From the NCBI RefSeq assembly GCF_018350175.1, contig NC_058368.1, forward strand, positions 45,076,001 through 45,140,000: a DNA stretch of 64,000 nucleotides, written 5' to 3'. Under the pieces are notes generated by a model. It made no database searches. It was not told the DNA's origin and was given only the letters and a program-made list of their open reading frames with translations. Shown here one piece after another: positions 51,513 through 64,000 of this stretch; the first letter of the stretch is position 1, and the number at the start of each line of letters is the position of its first letter. This stretch comes from Felis catus. Taxonomy: Eukaryota. Position numbers and translations under genes: made by a program.

Positions 51513-52859
51513 AATGTATTTTTTCTGGGTTACAAGTTGTGTAAGAAAACACTATTTCAGAGTTGTTTTAAATGATACAAGAGTTTAGAACCTCACTTTC
51601 AAATTGTAATACATATGCTTATTTCTCAGCAAACTTATGTTGGAAATGTCTTAAAGCATGAATAAGGGTAATCATTATTAACACATGCATAACTTATATT
51701 TATATTATTACTTCCACTGTGTCTTATTGTGATGCTAGAAAGTATATGCCAAAAAGTTCACAGTTGCTCATCCTTCTTCTTCACAAAAGAGTGTTAGCAC
51801 ATAGATTTACTTGAGAGAAATGACCTTGGGGTTGTCTCCTAGCCTAGCTTTCTCCAGCAATGAGATCTTCAGGTCAGCTCAATGTCACCTTAGATAAAAG
51901 TCAAACTAAAACCCTGATGGAATTAAATCTACTGCAATTTGCATTAAGAATAGTCTTTAGTAAATCTCTCTTCATCCTTGTACATATTTTTTTATTTATT
52001 TTAAGAGGTGAAATGTACAATGTATTGCCCTTTGTTCTTCCAGTTCAATACATAGGAGAAAGTAAACTGAACTTATCTTGAAATGCATGTGTTGATTACT
52101 GATATTATCTACTTTAACACAAAGCATTCCAATTATATCTTAGCCTTTGAATGTGAAGTCTGCTAAAATTAGTCCACCTTAATTGGAAAATAAAACAAAA
52201 TAAACACCAGAGACCAACTCCTTCTTCCCTCTGTAACTTTTGAGGGAAACAAATTCTAGGGAAAAGTAATCAGACCCTTTTCTACCCATGCCATGCAGAG
52301 ATTTAGAGGCAGAATGAGAAATAGAACTTTGTTTTTCTAAATCTTGATTCAGTGCTTCTGTCATCTGTGTATGTCTGGGCATGTCTGTGTGCACACATGC
52401 ATGTATTTTGGTTGGATTTTTAAACAAAGCAGTTTGCTATGGCTGAAGCACATACAGTTCCTATGGAATATGATACGTACTAAAATACTAACTGGCCAAT
52501 GATGGTTATAAATTATATTTATTTAAATGATTAGGGATATACATGTAGATCTAGAAACATAGATTCAATTATAAAACCATATGTAAAACAGAAAACAGGG
52601 AATATACTAAAAGAATTTATCTTTTGAGCAATGGTATATTCTGGACAAATAAAAAGAGGGGCTGACCAAATTAGGAACACCAAACATTTATAATACATTT
52701 TCATTTTAACTAAAGTAGATCTCTTGTTTTATAATAAGCTTAATGCCAAAAAGAAATGCATTGTCATACAACAACATTTAAATGTTTTTGGCATTCTAAT
52801 TAGCTATTAGGAAATTCAAATGTAATACAAAAAATGGATTTTACAGAAAACTCTGGAAA

Positions 52860-53480
52860 AGTCAGTTGGCAATTTCTTTGGTTGCTCTTTTAAGAGTAAT
52901 GTATTATTTTTCTACACTTTAAGAGTTTTTTCCATATGTCTCTCATTTGGTTAGTTTTTTCTAAACTTCATAAAGTCAGTATGAACTTCATATTTAATTT
53001 TTTATATGGTATTTTCCCCTATGTATCATGTTGGAAATCAACAGAGTATCTTCAATTCTGTGGGTCAGTGTCTTTCATCAACTTTGGGAAATTCTCAACA
53101 ACTATCTTTTCAAATATTTTTCTGACCCATTCTTTGTATACTCTCGCTCTGGAAATACATTTTCTGGAATCCCATATATTTTAGATCTTTTCATTGTTTC
53201 TCTTATGTCACCTATTCTCTTGTTTAGTTTGATTGTGTCTGTATTCTTCAGTTTTGATATTTCCTATAAACCTGTTCTTCAAAGTCACTAATAACATCTG
53301 CTTTTTCAACAAACTAATCAGTTCTTAATTTTGCATACTGAGTTTTCCAAGTCTACCATTTGCATTTGTTTTTTAAATAGATTCAGTTCTCTGATCAAAC
53401 TCTTCATACTGTCATCTGTCTTCACACCACTGAATATTTTTCTCATATGTTTTCTATAGTTATTCTATAGTCTAACAACT
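52860..53480 (-). mobile_element. Ancient L1M ORF1-region fragment
   Basis: TCTTTCATCAACTTTGGGAAATTCTCA...TCAAATATTT is the reverse complement of the decayed EIIAENFPNL region. Confidence 0.6.
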
Positions 53481-53540
53481 GAATCACTTGCTATTGTGTT
53501 TCTTTTCTCTCTCTCTTCCTTCTATTTTGGCCATGTTATT

Positions 53541-53541
53541 T

Positions 53542-53596
<55 letters not shown>

Positions 53597-53597
53597 T
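53541..53597. repeat. (TTTA)n microsatellite
   Basis: Read directly. Confidence 0.95.
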
Positions 53598-53677
53598 GGT
53601 GTGCCTCATATGTCTATATATTTATTATTCAGTCTTTTGTTATTTTTCTCTGGCTGCTTTCCTCATTATCTCTGTTA

Positions 53678-53950
53678 TTCCAGTTAGTTAACATACAGTG
53701 TAATATTAGTTTCAGGTTATAATATAGTGATTCAACACTTCCATACCACACCCAGTGCTCATCACAAGTCCACCCCTTAATCCCAATCACCTATTTAACC
53801 CATTCTACACCCGCTTTCCCTCTGGTAACCATCAGTTTGTTCCCTGTAGTTAAGAGCCTGTTTCTTGGTTTGCCTTTCTCTCTTTTTCTTTCTTTTTTTT
53901 CCCTTTGCTTGCTTATTTTGTTTCTTAAATTTCACATATGAGTGAAATCA
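53678..53950 (-). mobile_element. 5'-truncated carnivore L1 3'UTR
   Basis: TTCCAGTTAGTTAACATACAGTGTAATATTAGTTTCAGG closely matches the reverse complement of the 3' end of the 10135 L1. Confidence 0.85.
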
Positions 53951-54889
53951 AGCCATTATCTCTGATTTTCAGTGACCCCTGATTCTATTAGCTTTCTCCA
54001 ATGAGACTCCAGCTTTCCCCCCTGCTAGTCAGAAAATGTAGTGGCTATCCACTGTTATTCACTCAATGGAGGGATGCAGCCTTGGTAAGTTTCAGCCTAC
54101 TCTGGTAGCTCGTGAACCTCCATGGCTCTCAAATGAGAATACCATTACAAGTATGGGATTGTGTGTGCATTTTGTATCTGTTGCAAAGAGAAGAAAGTGT
54201 TAGAATACAAAAGTAAGAAAACAAAAGAGTAAAATAACAGTGACTGAGTATAAGCAAATAATATTTTAAAATTTCAGTTTTATTCTACAGGGAGGTAATT
54301 GATTTTCTTCCTTTAGTCTTGCCTGACAGGATGTTTCTTAGTTTTACTGTAGGGTCAGTAAACATACAATGAAACACTAACTATTTTGGATAAAATCTGA
54401 ACAATGAGTATAATTTTTTTAAAAGTTTGGAAAGAATTAGATTAATATTTTTACATTAATAATTGGCATTCTTTCCCAAACTTATAAGAAAATGTTGTTA
54501 ATTTGTTACTTGAAAAATTTTAAAACATTTAGATTTGAAGGATTATAATTTATATAGGTGGTTACTAAAGTACATTCTTTTGGAATACAAGTGTTCTGAA
54601 ATCTCAGTCAAACCTACTTACTATTAATAATAAAATACTAATAAATTTTTCAAGCTTAATGAAAAGAGTATATTGTTTCTAAATTCAAATTTTTTCTAAA
54701 ATACATGTATTCTTAAAATTTTATTACCTGATACATGCTACAATCCTAGAAACTTTATATATAACACTCCACTGACTTATATATTTAATTATTTTAACTT
54801 TGGTGCAACAATATTTCATGGTGTTAATATGAGATCCAACTACTTTTTTACTGAGACATTTTAGACTGACCAATATATATATAAACATT

Positions 54890-54926
54890 CTGACAATTTT
54901 TCCTGTTTCACTCTCTTTAGGTAAGT
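54890..54926 (+). promoter_or_regulatory. Juxtaposed 3'/5' splice-site motif (candidate recursive splice site)
   Basis: CTGAC branch-like motif, TTTTTCCTGTTTCACTCTCTT tract, TAG|GTAAGT. Motif only; no transcript evidence. Confidence 0.4.
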
Positions 54927-55137
54927 CCTTATGAACAAGCTCAATTTTGTTTATTCAAATTTTATCAAGGAAATTTGCATGCTTTATACATATGTTATCC
55001 ATTAATCTTGTAATAAGTCCACTCCTTCAAGGTTTTGTCTTAACCTTAACTTTCTTCCTCCTATTTTAGTTCTCTTTCATTTTGTTTATTTTCCTCATTT
55101 CTGTAGTTTTGAGGACTTTTTAGAATGTCAGTATGTT

Positions 55138-55312
55138 GGGGAGCCTAGGTGTCTCAGTTGGTTAAGCATCTCACTTCGGCTCAGGTCATGATCCCACGGT
55201 TTGTGGGTCAGAGCTGCACTGGGCTCTGTGCTGAAAGCTCAGACACTGTAGCCTGCTTACAGATTCTGTGTCTCCCTCTCTCTCTGCCCCTCCCGCCACT
55301 CGTGCTCGCTCG

Positions 55313-55351
<39 letters not shown>

Positions 55352-55375
55352 AAAAATAAACATAAAAAAAAAAAA
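55138..55375 (+). mobile_element. Can-SINE (felid)
   Basis: TSD TTAGAATGTCAGTATGTT at 55120-55137 and 55376-55393. Confidence 0.95.
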
Positions 55376-56083
55376 TTAGAATGTCAGTATGTTCTAGGCA
55401 GTTCAAATCCTTTTTTAAATGAAAACGTTTCCTGAAGATTCTATAGTTAAAAAGAAAAATAAGAACAATTCTTAGGAGGAATTTTAAGATAATTGCTTTA
55501 GTTTAATAATTTGCAGTCTAACAGGGTTTTTACAACTTACATTTTATTCTACTCAGCTCAACAAAGTGTATCAGTGCTACCTTTATTCTTTGTTACTTGT
55601 ATTTTTATTTAATCACCAATGAATGTTAATTTGTGAAGCCAGTGGCAAATATATGTTAAATATTTATGACACTTGAAAATAAGTCAGTCCTTATTCGTGC
55701 TTCTAGGAGCTCTGGTTCAAATTATAATTCTACTGTAAAATGAATCATCAACTGCTAGAGACCATTTGACAAAATTAGCATCTACCAAATAAGAACATAC
55801 ATATTCACAAAGAGTGCAATACTTAGCATGATATTTTCTAGATGTTTTAACTTTGTGGTAATGGTTTCTTTCCTTATTTCATACATTTTTAAATGCCAAG
55901 CATCATCTTTTTCTCATTTTTCATTATTTATTTAAAAATTTCAGCTTATGTGTTGCAAACTTTTAAAGATCACTTGTATCATTTCTCCATGTATCATTCT
56001 GAATAGCTGCCATGTTCCCAGCACTGTTAAATAGTAGTTCCTATAAAATATGTTCAACATTGATTTCAAAACTTAAATAAATA

Positions 56084-56198
56084 GGGGTGCCTGGCTGACT
56101 TATTCAGTAGAGCATGGGATTCTTGACCTTGGGGTTGTGAGTTCGAGCCCTGTACTGTGTGTAGAGAGTACTAAAAAATTTAAAATCATTAAGAAAAA
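56084..56198 (+). mobile_element. Short tRNA-like Can-SINE (no CT body; old monomeric type)
   Basis: tRNA-Lys-like head with GTTCGAGCCC B-box, short tail; TSD AAAACTTAAATAAAT at 56068-56082 and 56199-56213. Confidence 0.85.
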
Positions 56199-57816
56199 AA
56201 AACTTAAATAAATTAAAACTGTACTTTTAACTATGATAAAATAGTCATTTTCAAATGGATATTTGTCAAAATAAGTAGAACGAATTGTTAATATTAGAAG
56301 TTATTTTTATTTAAGTAAAAGCTTAAAGGTTACCTATTTTTTAGGAAGGAAGGGTGAAGAAAACTAGACATCTAAATTTGGAGGAGGCTAGTGTTAATGC
56401 TCCCTTTTTAAACATAACTTTCCACATTCAGTTATTTACTTACTATTTTATTACAGGTTGGATTTTCTAGATACATTTCCAAAAGTTCATATTATTTTCC
56501 ATTGAAATATGGAAAATGTTATATTCCAAAAAATTTTATAATTTTTGAAGCCCAGATGGTTTGCTAAACTATCTGTAAATTGTTAAATTCTATTCAGGAA
56601 TGCATCATACTGCATAAAATAAACATAATAAGGTGGGTAATATAGAAAAAGTGTTTTTTCATTAGTTTTTATGAACACATGAAAGTTTCATATTAATTTA
56701 ATAGCAAACACTCTTTCTGTAACATAGACATATAAAAGGTAATTAGTGCATTCACGAGAATTTTGTACAAGTATTCACTGTTAACAATGTCATTTCTCTT
56801 ATTTCTCTTTTACCACAACAGGGACTTCCTTGGACTTTTGTTTTCCACATGTGACATGCTGAGAACAGTATAGAAAAGAAATACTGATTTAATTATTTTA
56901 ACTATTAGACATTCCTTAAAATATCTTTAATTTATGACTGTCTGCCAACATTGTTAGTAACAGCTAAATCGGTTTATCATCATCTGCTCTATACATTTGT
57001 TATGTTTTAATCTCATGAGAATAACTGTGCGTATGGTAATCCTGACCTTGTTTGTTTATATCTTATTTCCTTGGATATACTACCTCAAGTAAGAAAAAGA
57101 AGGTCTATTTATTTTAGGCTGCTAAAAATATACTGCATTTAATCAGTTTTAGAATTTTGTTCAAATCACAATTTTATAAAAATATATTTTACATCTCGAA
57201 AATAATTTGCAAGTTTGAATGTTAACTGGTGATTCAGGGCTGAATTAGCTATCATTTGTTGAATATTTTAGCAGAAGTCAGATGCTGTGCTCTATATTTT
57301 ACTATATATTATATGTAATACCTTCTATAAGATGAGTAGTGTTTTTATAATAGTTGAGATGAAATAATTAGCAATTACTGTATCATGTCACAATTTACAT
57401 AATTTGTAAAACTATTTTCTCATATCCAATATTTCACACTAAAATGAAACCTCGAATGAGTCCTATCATGATGGGCATTTAATCTACTGAATACTGCCAA
57501 GCCAGATAGTCACGAAGTCTAGCAAATAAACAAGGCATCAAGAGTGTCAACTAGAATGATGTGTGTTTTCTTTCTACATAAAACAAGAGTCTGGCACAGC
57601 ATGGGACATTCTCGGGCCAGGTATTATAATCACATATCTTGCAAAGAGTTTGCCTCACACATATCCCTAGTCCAAGACAGAAAGATAAATAGAAACGTGT
57701 ATGAGTGGACCAAATCCTCCTTGAGCCTCAAAATCCAAAACAACTGACATGAATCCTCCCCAAACTGAGATGAGAAGAAATTTAGGAGATTAGTAAGTAA
57801 AGAGACCTTCCTGACA

Positions 57817-58027
57817 GGGGCGCCTGGGTGGCTCAGTCAGGTAAGCGTCCACCTTTGGCTCGGGTCGTGATCTTGCAATCTGTGGGTTTGAGCTGTGTGT
57901 TAGGCTCTGTGCTGACAGCTCAGAGCCTGAGGCCTGCTTCAGATTCTGTGTCTCCTTCTCTCTGTGCCCCTTCCCCACTCACGCTCGCTTGCTCACGCGC
58001 GCTCTCTCTCTAAAAAATAAACATTAA
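57817..58027 (+). mobile_element. Can-SINE whose A-tail is interrupted by the 58028 L1
   Basis: GGGGCGCCTGGGTGG head; tail AAAAAATAAACATTAA runs straight into the L1 5' end; no 3' TSD within the window. Confidence 0.9.
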
Positions 58028-59608
58028 GGAGGAGCCCAGATAGCGGAAGAGCATGGAAGTTTTTTGTGTGTCTCGCAACCATGAAATAGAGCCAGACCAA
58101 CACTAAACAATCCTGCACACCTAGAAAACTGATGTGAGGATTAACACAACAATCTGCACAACCCGAACCACAGAACTCAGCAGGTACGCGGCGCTGAGAG
58201 ATGAACTGGAGGAAAGAGAAGCGGAGGGCAGAGAGCATTTTTGCATGCTGAGAGAGGACAGAGACGGGAGGGGGGCAGAATATGGGAAAAGCACCCCCCC
58301 CCCACCCGCCGAAAGCAGCTGGAGAGAAAGTGGAAAAGTGGAAATAGCCACAGGGACTGAACTAAACTGGGAAAAAGGAGAAAGGAGGGGGTTAAATTCC
58401 ATTAAGACTCTATAAACAGGGGGAGTGCAGAGTCTGAAACTCCACAGCTCGCAGCTCGATACCTGGTGGTGCTCTGGTGAGAAGGGCAAATCCCCAGTTG
58501 CAGAGTGAAGTGTGGGGGTCTTCGGGCCACATGGGAATGGGCACCTGGTAGACGCTGTGTGACACCCCAAAGGCAAAGGCCCCAGTGGACCTGGGAGAAC
58601 AACCACATTCGCTGGTGCTGGAACAAGGTCGTTGGGGGTGAAGACTGGTGCCAGGTGTATGTTGTGATTTTCCATAATCCCTGAGATGCTGCTGCTACAT
58701 GATCGCGTGAACTTTTTCTGGGGTGGGCTGCACCTGACTGCAGTCTCTAGGCGTCAGCAGAAGCATGGTCCCACGAACATTCCTGGGTGTGGCCGGCACC
58801 CGGCCATTGCTTGGTGAGACCCTCCCGCAAAGGGGCAGAACAAGTGAAAGCCGCAGTTCCTCAGAAATAAGGGGTCGGAAAAAACTGCCGCATGTGAGAT
58901 AAAACTCAGGAAAGAGGTTCTACCTGGGGCTTAGTCATGGACTGTGTATTGGCAGGGAGTGGACAGAAGCCGAAGACAAAGGGTGGGTGTGCAATTGTTG
59001 ATCAGTGAGAACAGAGTTCCAATACTAGAAATTGGATACGTGGGTAACGCCCTTAGCACCAGTCCCGCGCATGCGCATACACACCTACAAGCGCCACAAT
59101 AATCCAGCCTATTAAGCTAAGCAGCACCATCTGGTGGAGAAAGCAGCCATTACACTAAGCCCCGCCCAGCTGCAGCAACCTTCCTCTTCACAAACGTGAG
59201 TCTCTCTGCCTGCCTAGTTTATGGACTATAAAGTGCTTCACAGTTTGACTTCTAGAAGAAAATGAAGTAATTTTAGTCATATTTCAGTCTGTTCGCTGGT
59301 CCATCTATTCAATTTTCTTTTATTTTCTCTTTTTTGTTTCTTTTTCTTGAATACAGAAATAGAAAAAAAATATTTTTATTTTCAATTTTTATTAAAATAT
59401 TTCCTTTAATTTTTTTCTACTATATTTTTCATTTTGTGTAATTTTTTTAAATTCTGTTTTGCTTCCATCATTTCATTTTATTCTACTTCAGTGTATTCAT
59501 TTTTCAAATTTTTAAACAATTTCCTTTTTTTAATTTCCCCTATTTTCTCTAATTTATCAAGCCCCTTTCAACACCCAGACCAAAACACACCTGGGATCTT
59601 GCATCATT

Positions 59609-59647
<39 letters not shown>

Positions 59648-59729
59648 TTGTTTTTAATTTTTTAATTTTAATATTTTTTTAATTTTAATTTTAATTTTTT
59701 ACTTCATTAATTCATTTTCTCCCTTCAAA

Positions 59730-60611
59730 ATGATGAAATGAAGGAATTCACCCCAAAAGAAAGAGCAGGAATAAAAGACAGCCAGGGATTTAACCAACAC
59801 AGATACAAGCAAGATGTCTCAACCAGAATTTAGAATCATGATAGTAAGAATACTGGCTGGAGTAGAAAATAGATTAGAATCCCTTTCTGTGGAGATAAAA
59901 CAAGTAAAAACTAGTAAGAATGAAATAAAAAGTGCTATAACTGAGCTGCAATCACAGATGGATGCCATGGGGGCAAGGATGGATGAGGCAGAACAGAGAA
60001 TCAGCGATACTGAGGACAAACTTATGGAGAATAATGAAGCAGAAAAAAAGAGGGAGATTAAGGCAAAAGAGCACGATTTAAGATTTAGAGAAATCAGTGA
60101 CTCATTAAAAAGGAACAACATCAGAATCAATGGGGCTCCAGAAGAAAAAGAGAGAGAAAGAGGGGTAGAAGGGTTATGTGAGAAAATCATAGCAGAAAAC
60201 TTTTCCTAACCTGGGGAAAGACACAGACATCAAAATCCAGGAAGCACAGAGGACTCCCATTAGATTCAACAAAAACCAACCAACAACAAGGCATATCACA
60301 GTCAAATTCACAAAATACTCAGGCAAGGAAAGAACATGAAAGCAGCAAGGGAAAAAAAGTCCTTAACCTACAGGGGAAGACACATGAGGTTTGCAGAAGA
60401 CCTATCCATAGAATTTGGCAGGCCAGAAAGGAGTGGCAGGATATATTCAATGTGCTGAATCAGAAAAAATATTCAGCCAAGAATTCTTTATCCAACAAGG
60501 CTGTCCTTCAAAATAGAAGGAGAGATAAAAAGTTTCCCAGACAAACAAAAATTAAAGGAGTTTGTGATGACTAAACCAGCCCTGCAAGAAATTTTAAGGG
60601 GGACTCTATGA
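59730..60611 (+). pseudogene. L1 ORF1p remnant
   Basis: ATG at 59730 with an early stop; ORF track 59814-60209; ends ...CTGCAAGAAATTTTAAGGGGGACTCTATGA, homologous to the end of ORF1 at 12415. Confidence 0.9.
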
Positions 60612-60714
60612 GGGGAAAAAAGATGAAAAAAACAAATAAATAAAGACCAAAAGCAACAGAGACTAGAAAGGACTAGAGAACACCACCAGAAACTCCAACT
60701 CTACAAGCAACATA

Positions 60715-63700
60715 ATGGCAATTAATTCATATCTTTCAGTACTCACTAAAAGTCAATGAACTTAATGCTCCAATCAAGAGACATAGGGTAACAGAATGGA
60801 TAAGAAAACAAGATCCATCTATATGCTGTTTACAAGAGACCCACTTTAGATCTAATACACCTTTAGACTGAAAGTAAGGGGATAGAGAACCATCTATCAT
60901 GCTAATGGTCAACAAAAGAAAGCCAGAGTAGCCATACTTATATCAGACAATCTAGACTTTAAAATAAAGCCTGTATCCAGAGATGAAGAAGAACATTATA
61001 TCATAATTAAGGGTTCTATCCACCAAGAAGACCTAACAATTGTAAACATTTATGTGTCAAATGTGGGGAAAACCAAATATATAAATCAATTAATCACAAA
61101 CATAAAGAAACTCATTGATAATAATACCTTCATAGTAGGGGACTTCAACATCCCACTGACAGCAATGGACAGATTAATCAAAAAATCAACAAGGAAACAA
61201 TGGCTTTGAGAGACACCCTAGACCAGATGGACTTAACAGATATATTCAGAACATTTCATCCTAAAGCAGAGGAATATACATTCTTCTCCAGTGCACATGG
61301 AACGTTCTCCAGAATAGACCACATACTGGGACACAAATCAGCCCTCAACAAGTACAAAAAGATCGAGATCATACCATGCATGTTTTCACGACACACACTA
61401 TGAAACTCAAAATCAACCACAAGAAAAAATTTGGAAATGAACAGATACTTGGAGACTAAAGAACATCTTACTAAAGAATGAATGGGATAACCAAGAAGTT
61501 AAAGAGGAAATTAAAAAGTATATAGAAGCCAATGAAAATGATAACACCACAACCCAAAACCTCTGGGCTAGCCAGTTTGATCAAAAAGATAAAGAACCCA
61601 AATAAATAAAATCAAGAATGAAAGAGGAGAGATCACAACCAACAGAGCAGAAATAAAAACATTAATAAGAGAATATTATGAATAATTATATGCCAGTAAA
61701 ATGGGCAATCTGGAAGAAATGGACAAATTCCTAGAAACATATACACTACCAAAACTGAAACAGGAAGAAATAGAAAATTTGAGCAGACCCATAACCAGTA
61801 AAGAAATCAAATCAGTAAATCAAAAATCTCCCAAAAAACAAGACTCCAAGGCCAGATGGCTTTCCAGGGGAATTCTACCAACATTTAAGGAAGAGTTAAC
61901 ACCTATTCTCTTGAAGCTGTTCCAAAAAATAGAAGGAAAACTTCCAAACTCTTTCTATGAACCCAGCATTACCTTGTTTCCAAAAACAGACAGAGACCCC
62001 ACTATAAAAGAGAACTATAGACCAATTTCCCCAATGAACATGGATGCAAAAATCCTCAACAAGATATTGGCCAACCAGATCCAATAATACATTAAAAAAA
62101 ATTATTCACCATGACCAAGTGGGATTTATACCTGAGATGCAGGGCTGGTTCAATATCCACAAAACAATCAATGTGATTCATAACATCAATAAAAGAAAGG
62201 ACAAGAACCATATGATCTTCTCTACAGATGCAGAGAAAGCATTTGACAAAATACAGCATCCTTTCTTGACAAAAAAAAACCTCAAGAAAGTAGGGATAGA
62301 AGGATCATACCTCAAGATCATAAAAGCCATATATGAAAGACCAACGCTAATATTATCCTCAATGGGGAAAAATTGAGAGCTTTCCCCATAAGGTCAGGAT
62401 CAAGGCAAGGGATGTCCTCTCTCACCACTCTTATTCAACATAGTATTGGAAATCTTAGCCTTTGCAGTCAGACAACACAATAAAATAAAAGGCATCCAAA
62501 TCGGCAAGGAGGAGGTCAAACTTTCACTCTTCACAGATGAAATGATACTTTATATGGAAAACCCAAAAGATTCCATCACCAAAAAAATGCTAGAACTGAT
62601 TCATCAAAGTTTCAGGAGATAAAATCAATGCACAGAAATTGGTTGCATTCCTATTCACCAACAATGAAGCGACAGAAAGAGAAATCAAGGAATTGATCGC
62701 ATTTACAATTGCACCAAAAACCATAAAATACCTAGGAATAAATCTAACCAAAGACATGAAAAATCTATCCACTGAAAACTATAGAAGGCTTATGAAAGAA
62801 TTGAAGAAGACACAAAAAAATGGAAAAATAATCCATGCACCTGGATAGGAAGAACAAATATTGTTAAAATGTTGATACTACCCAAAGCAATCTACATATT
62901 GAATGCAATCCCTATCAAAATGAAACTAGCATTCTTCACAGAGCTATTATGAACAATCCTAAACTAAAATTTGTACGGAACCAGAGAAGATCCCAAATAG
63001 CCAAAGCAATCTTGAAAAAGAAAACCAAAGCAGGAGACATCACAATCCCGGACTTCAAGCTGTACTACAAAGCTGTAATCATCAAGACAGTATGGTACTG
63101 GCACAAGAACAGACACTCAGATCAGTGGAACAGAATAGAGAACCCAGAAATGGACCCACAAACGTACGGCCAACTAATCTTTGGCAAAGCAGGAAAGAAT
63201 ATCCAATGGAATAAAGACCGTCTCTTCAGCAAGTAGTGCTGGGAAAACTGGACATCAGCATGCAGAAGAATGAACCTGGACCACTTTCTTACACCATACA
63301 TGAAAATAAACTCAAAATGGATGAAAGACCTCAATGTAAGACAGAAAGCCATCAAAATCCTCAAGAAGAAAGCAGGCAAAAACCTCTTTGATCTTGGCCA
63401 CAGCAACTTCTTACTCAACACGTCTCCAGAGGCAAGGGAAACAAAAGCAAAAATGAGCTACTGGGACCTCATCAAAATAAAAACCTTCTGTACAGAGAAG
63501 GAAACAATCAGCAAAACTAAAAGGCAACCAACAGAATGGGAGAAGGTATTTGCAAATGACATATCAGATAAAGGGTTAGTATCCAAAATCTATAAAGAAC
63601 TTATCAAACTCAACACCCAAAAAACAAATAATCCAGTGAAGAAATAGGCAAAAGACATGAATAGACACTTCTCCAAAGAAGACATTCAGATGGCCAACTG

Positions 63701-64000
63701 ACACATGAAAAATGCTCAATATCACTCATCATCAGAGAAATACAAATTAAAACCACAATGAGATATCACCTCACACTTGTCAGAATGGCTAACATTAACA
63801 ACTCAGGCAACAACAGATGTTGGTGAGGATGTGGAGAAAGAGGATCTCTTTGCATTGCTGGTGGGAATGCAAACTGGTGCAGCCACTCTGGAAAACAATA
63901 TGGAGGTTCCTCAAAAAAGTAAAAACAGAACTACGCTACGACCCAGCAATTGCACTACTAGTCATTTATCCAAGGGATACAGGTATGCTATTTCAAAGGG
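60715..64000 (+). pseudogene. L1 ORF2p remnant with internal deletion, incomplete at window end
   Basis: ORF-track fragments 61200-63647 are ORF2-like; the RT motif has decayed to TTCACAGATGAA near 62531. Confidence 0.9.

Larger units (their letters stand above)
58028..64000 (+). mobile_element. Second LINE-1 starting at its 5' end (felid-type, ~1.7 kb 5'UTR), continues past the window end
   Basis: GC/CpG-richer 5'UTR followed by a T-rich tract, then ORF1 (MSQPEFRIMIVRIL...) and ORF2 fragments ([49 protein letters not shown]). It begins directly in the A-tail of the SINE at 57817. Confidence 0.95.

Noticed and set aside
56084..56160. tRNA-like sequence
   Set aside because: Degenerate A-box and stems, A-rich tail and a 15-bp TSD: a short Can-SINE, not a functional tRNA.

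Overview
AT-rich mammalian genomic DNA, almost certainly from a felid (cat-type Can-SINEs, including a young subfamily ending ...GTCCCAAAAATAAATAAACGTTG-polyA, and carnivore LINE-1s). I find no recognisable protein-coding gene, rRNA, functional tRNA or CRISPR. The ORF track is explained by decayed L1 ORF1/ORF2, SINEs, microsatellites and chance. The window looks like a long intron or intergenic DNA. It holds about 30 tRNA-derived SINEs, one full-length L1 (10135-17002), a second L1 that starts at its 5' end and runs off the window (58028-64000+), nested older L1/HAL1/L2/MIR pieces, several solo LTRs, one hAT MITE and many microsatellites. Repeat family names are from recall, not a database search, and coordinates of old elements are approximate. 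Leads worth following up: a textbook recursive-splice-site-like motif at 54890-54926; a strong age-dependent SINE strand skew; two head-to-head SINE pairs each separated by exactly 147 bp; an unexplained ~42-bp inverted repeat abutting a truncated L1; a chimeric old/young SINE; and a few candidate + strand exons. None of these is proof of a new biological system.
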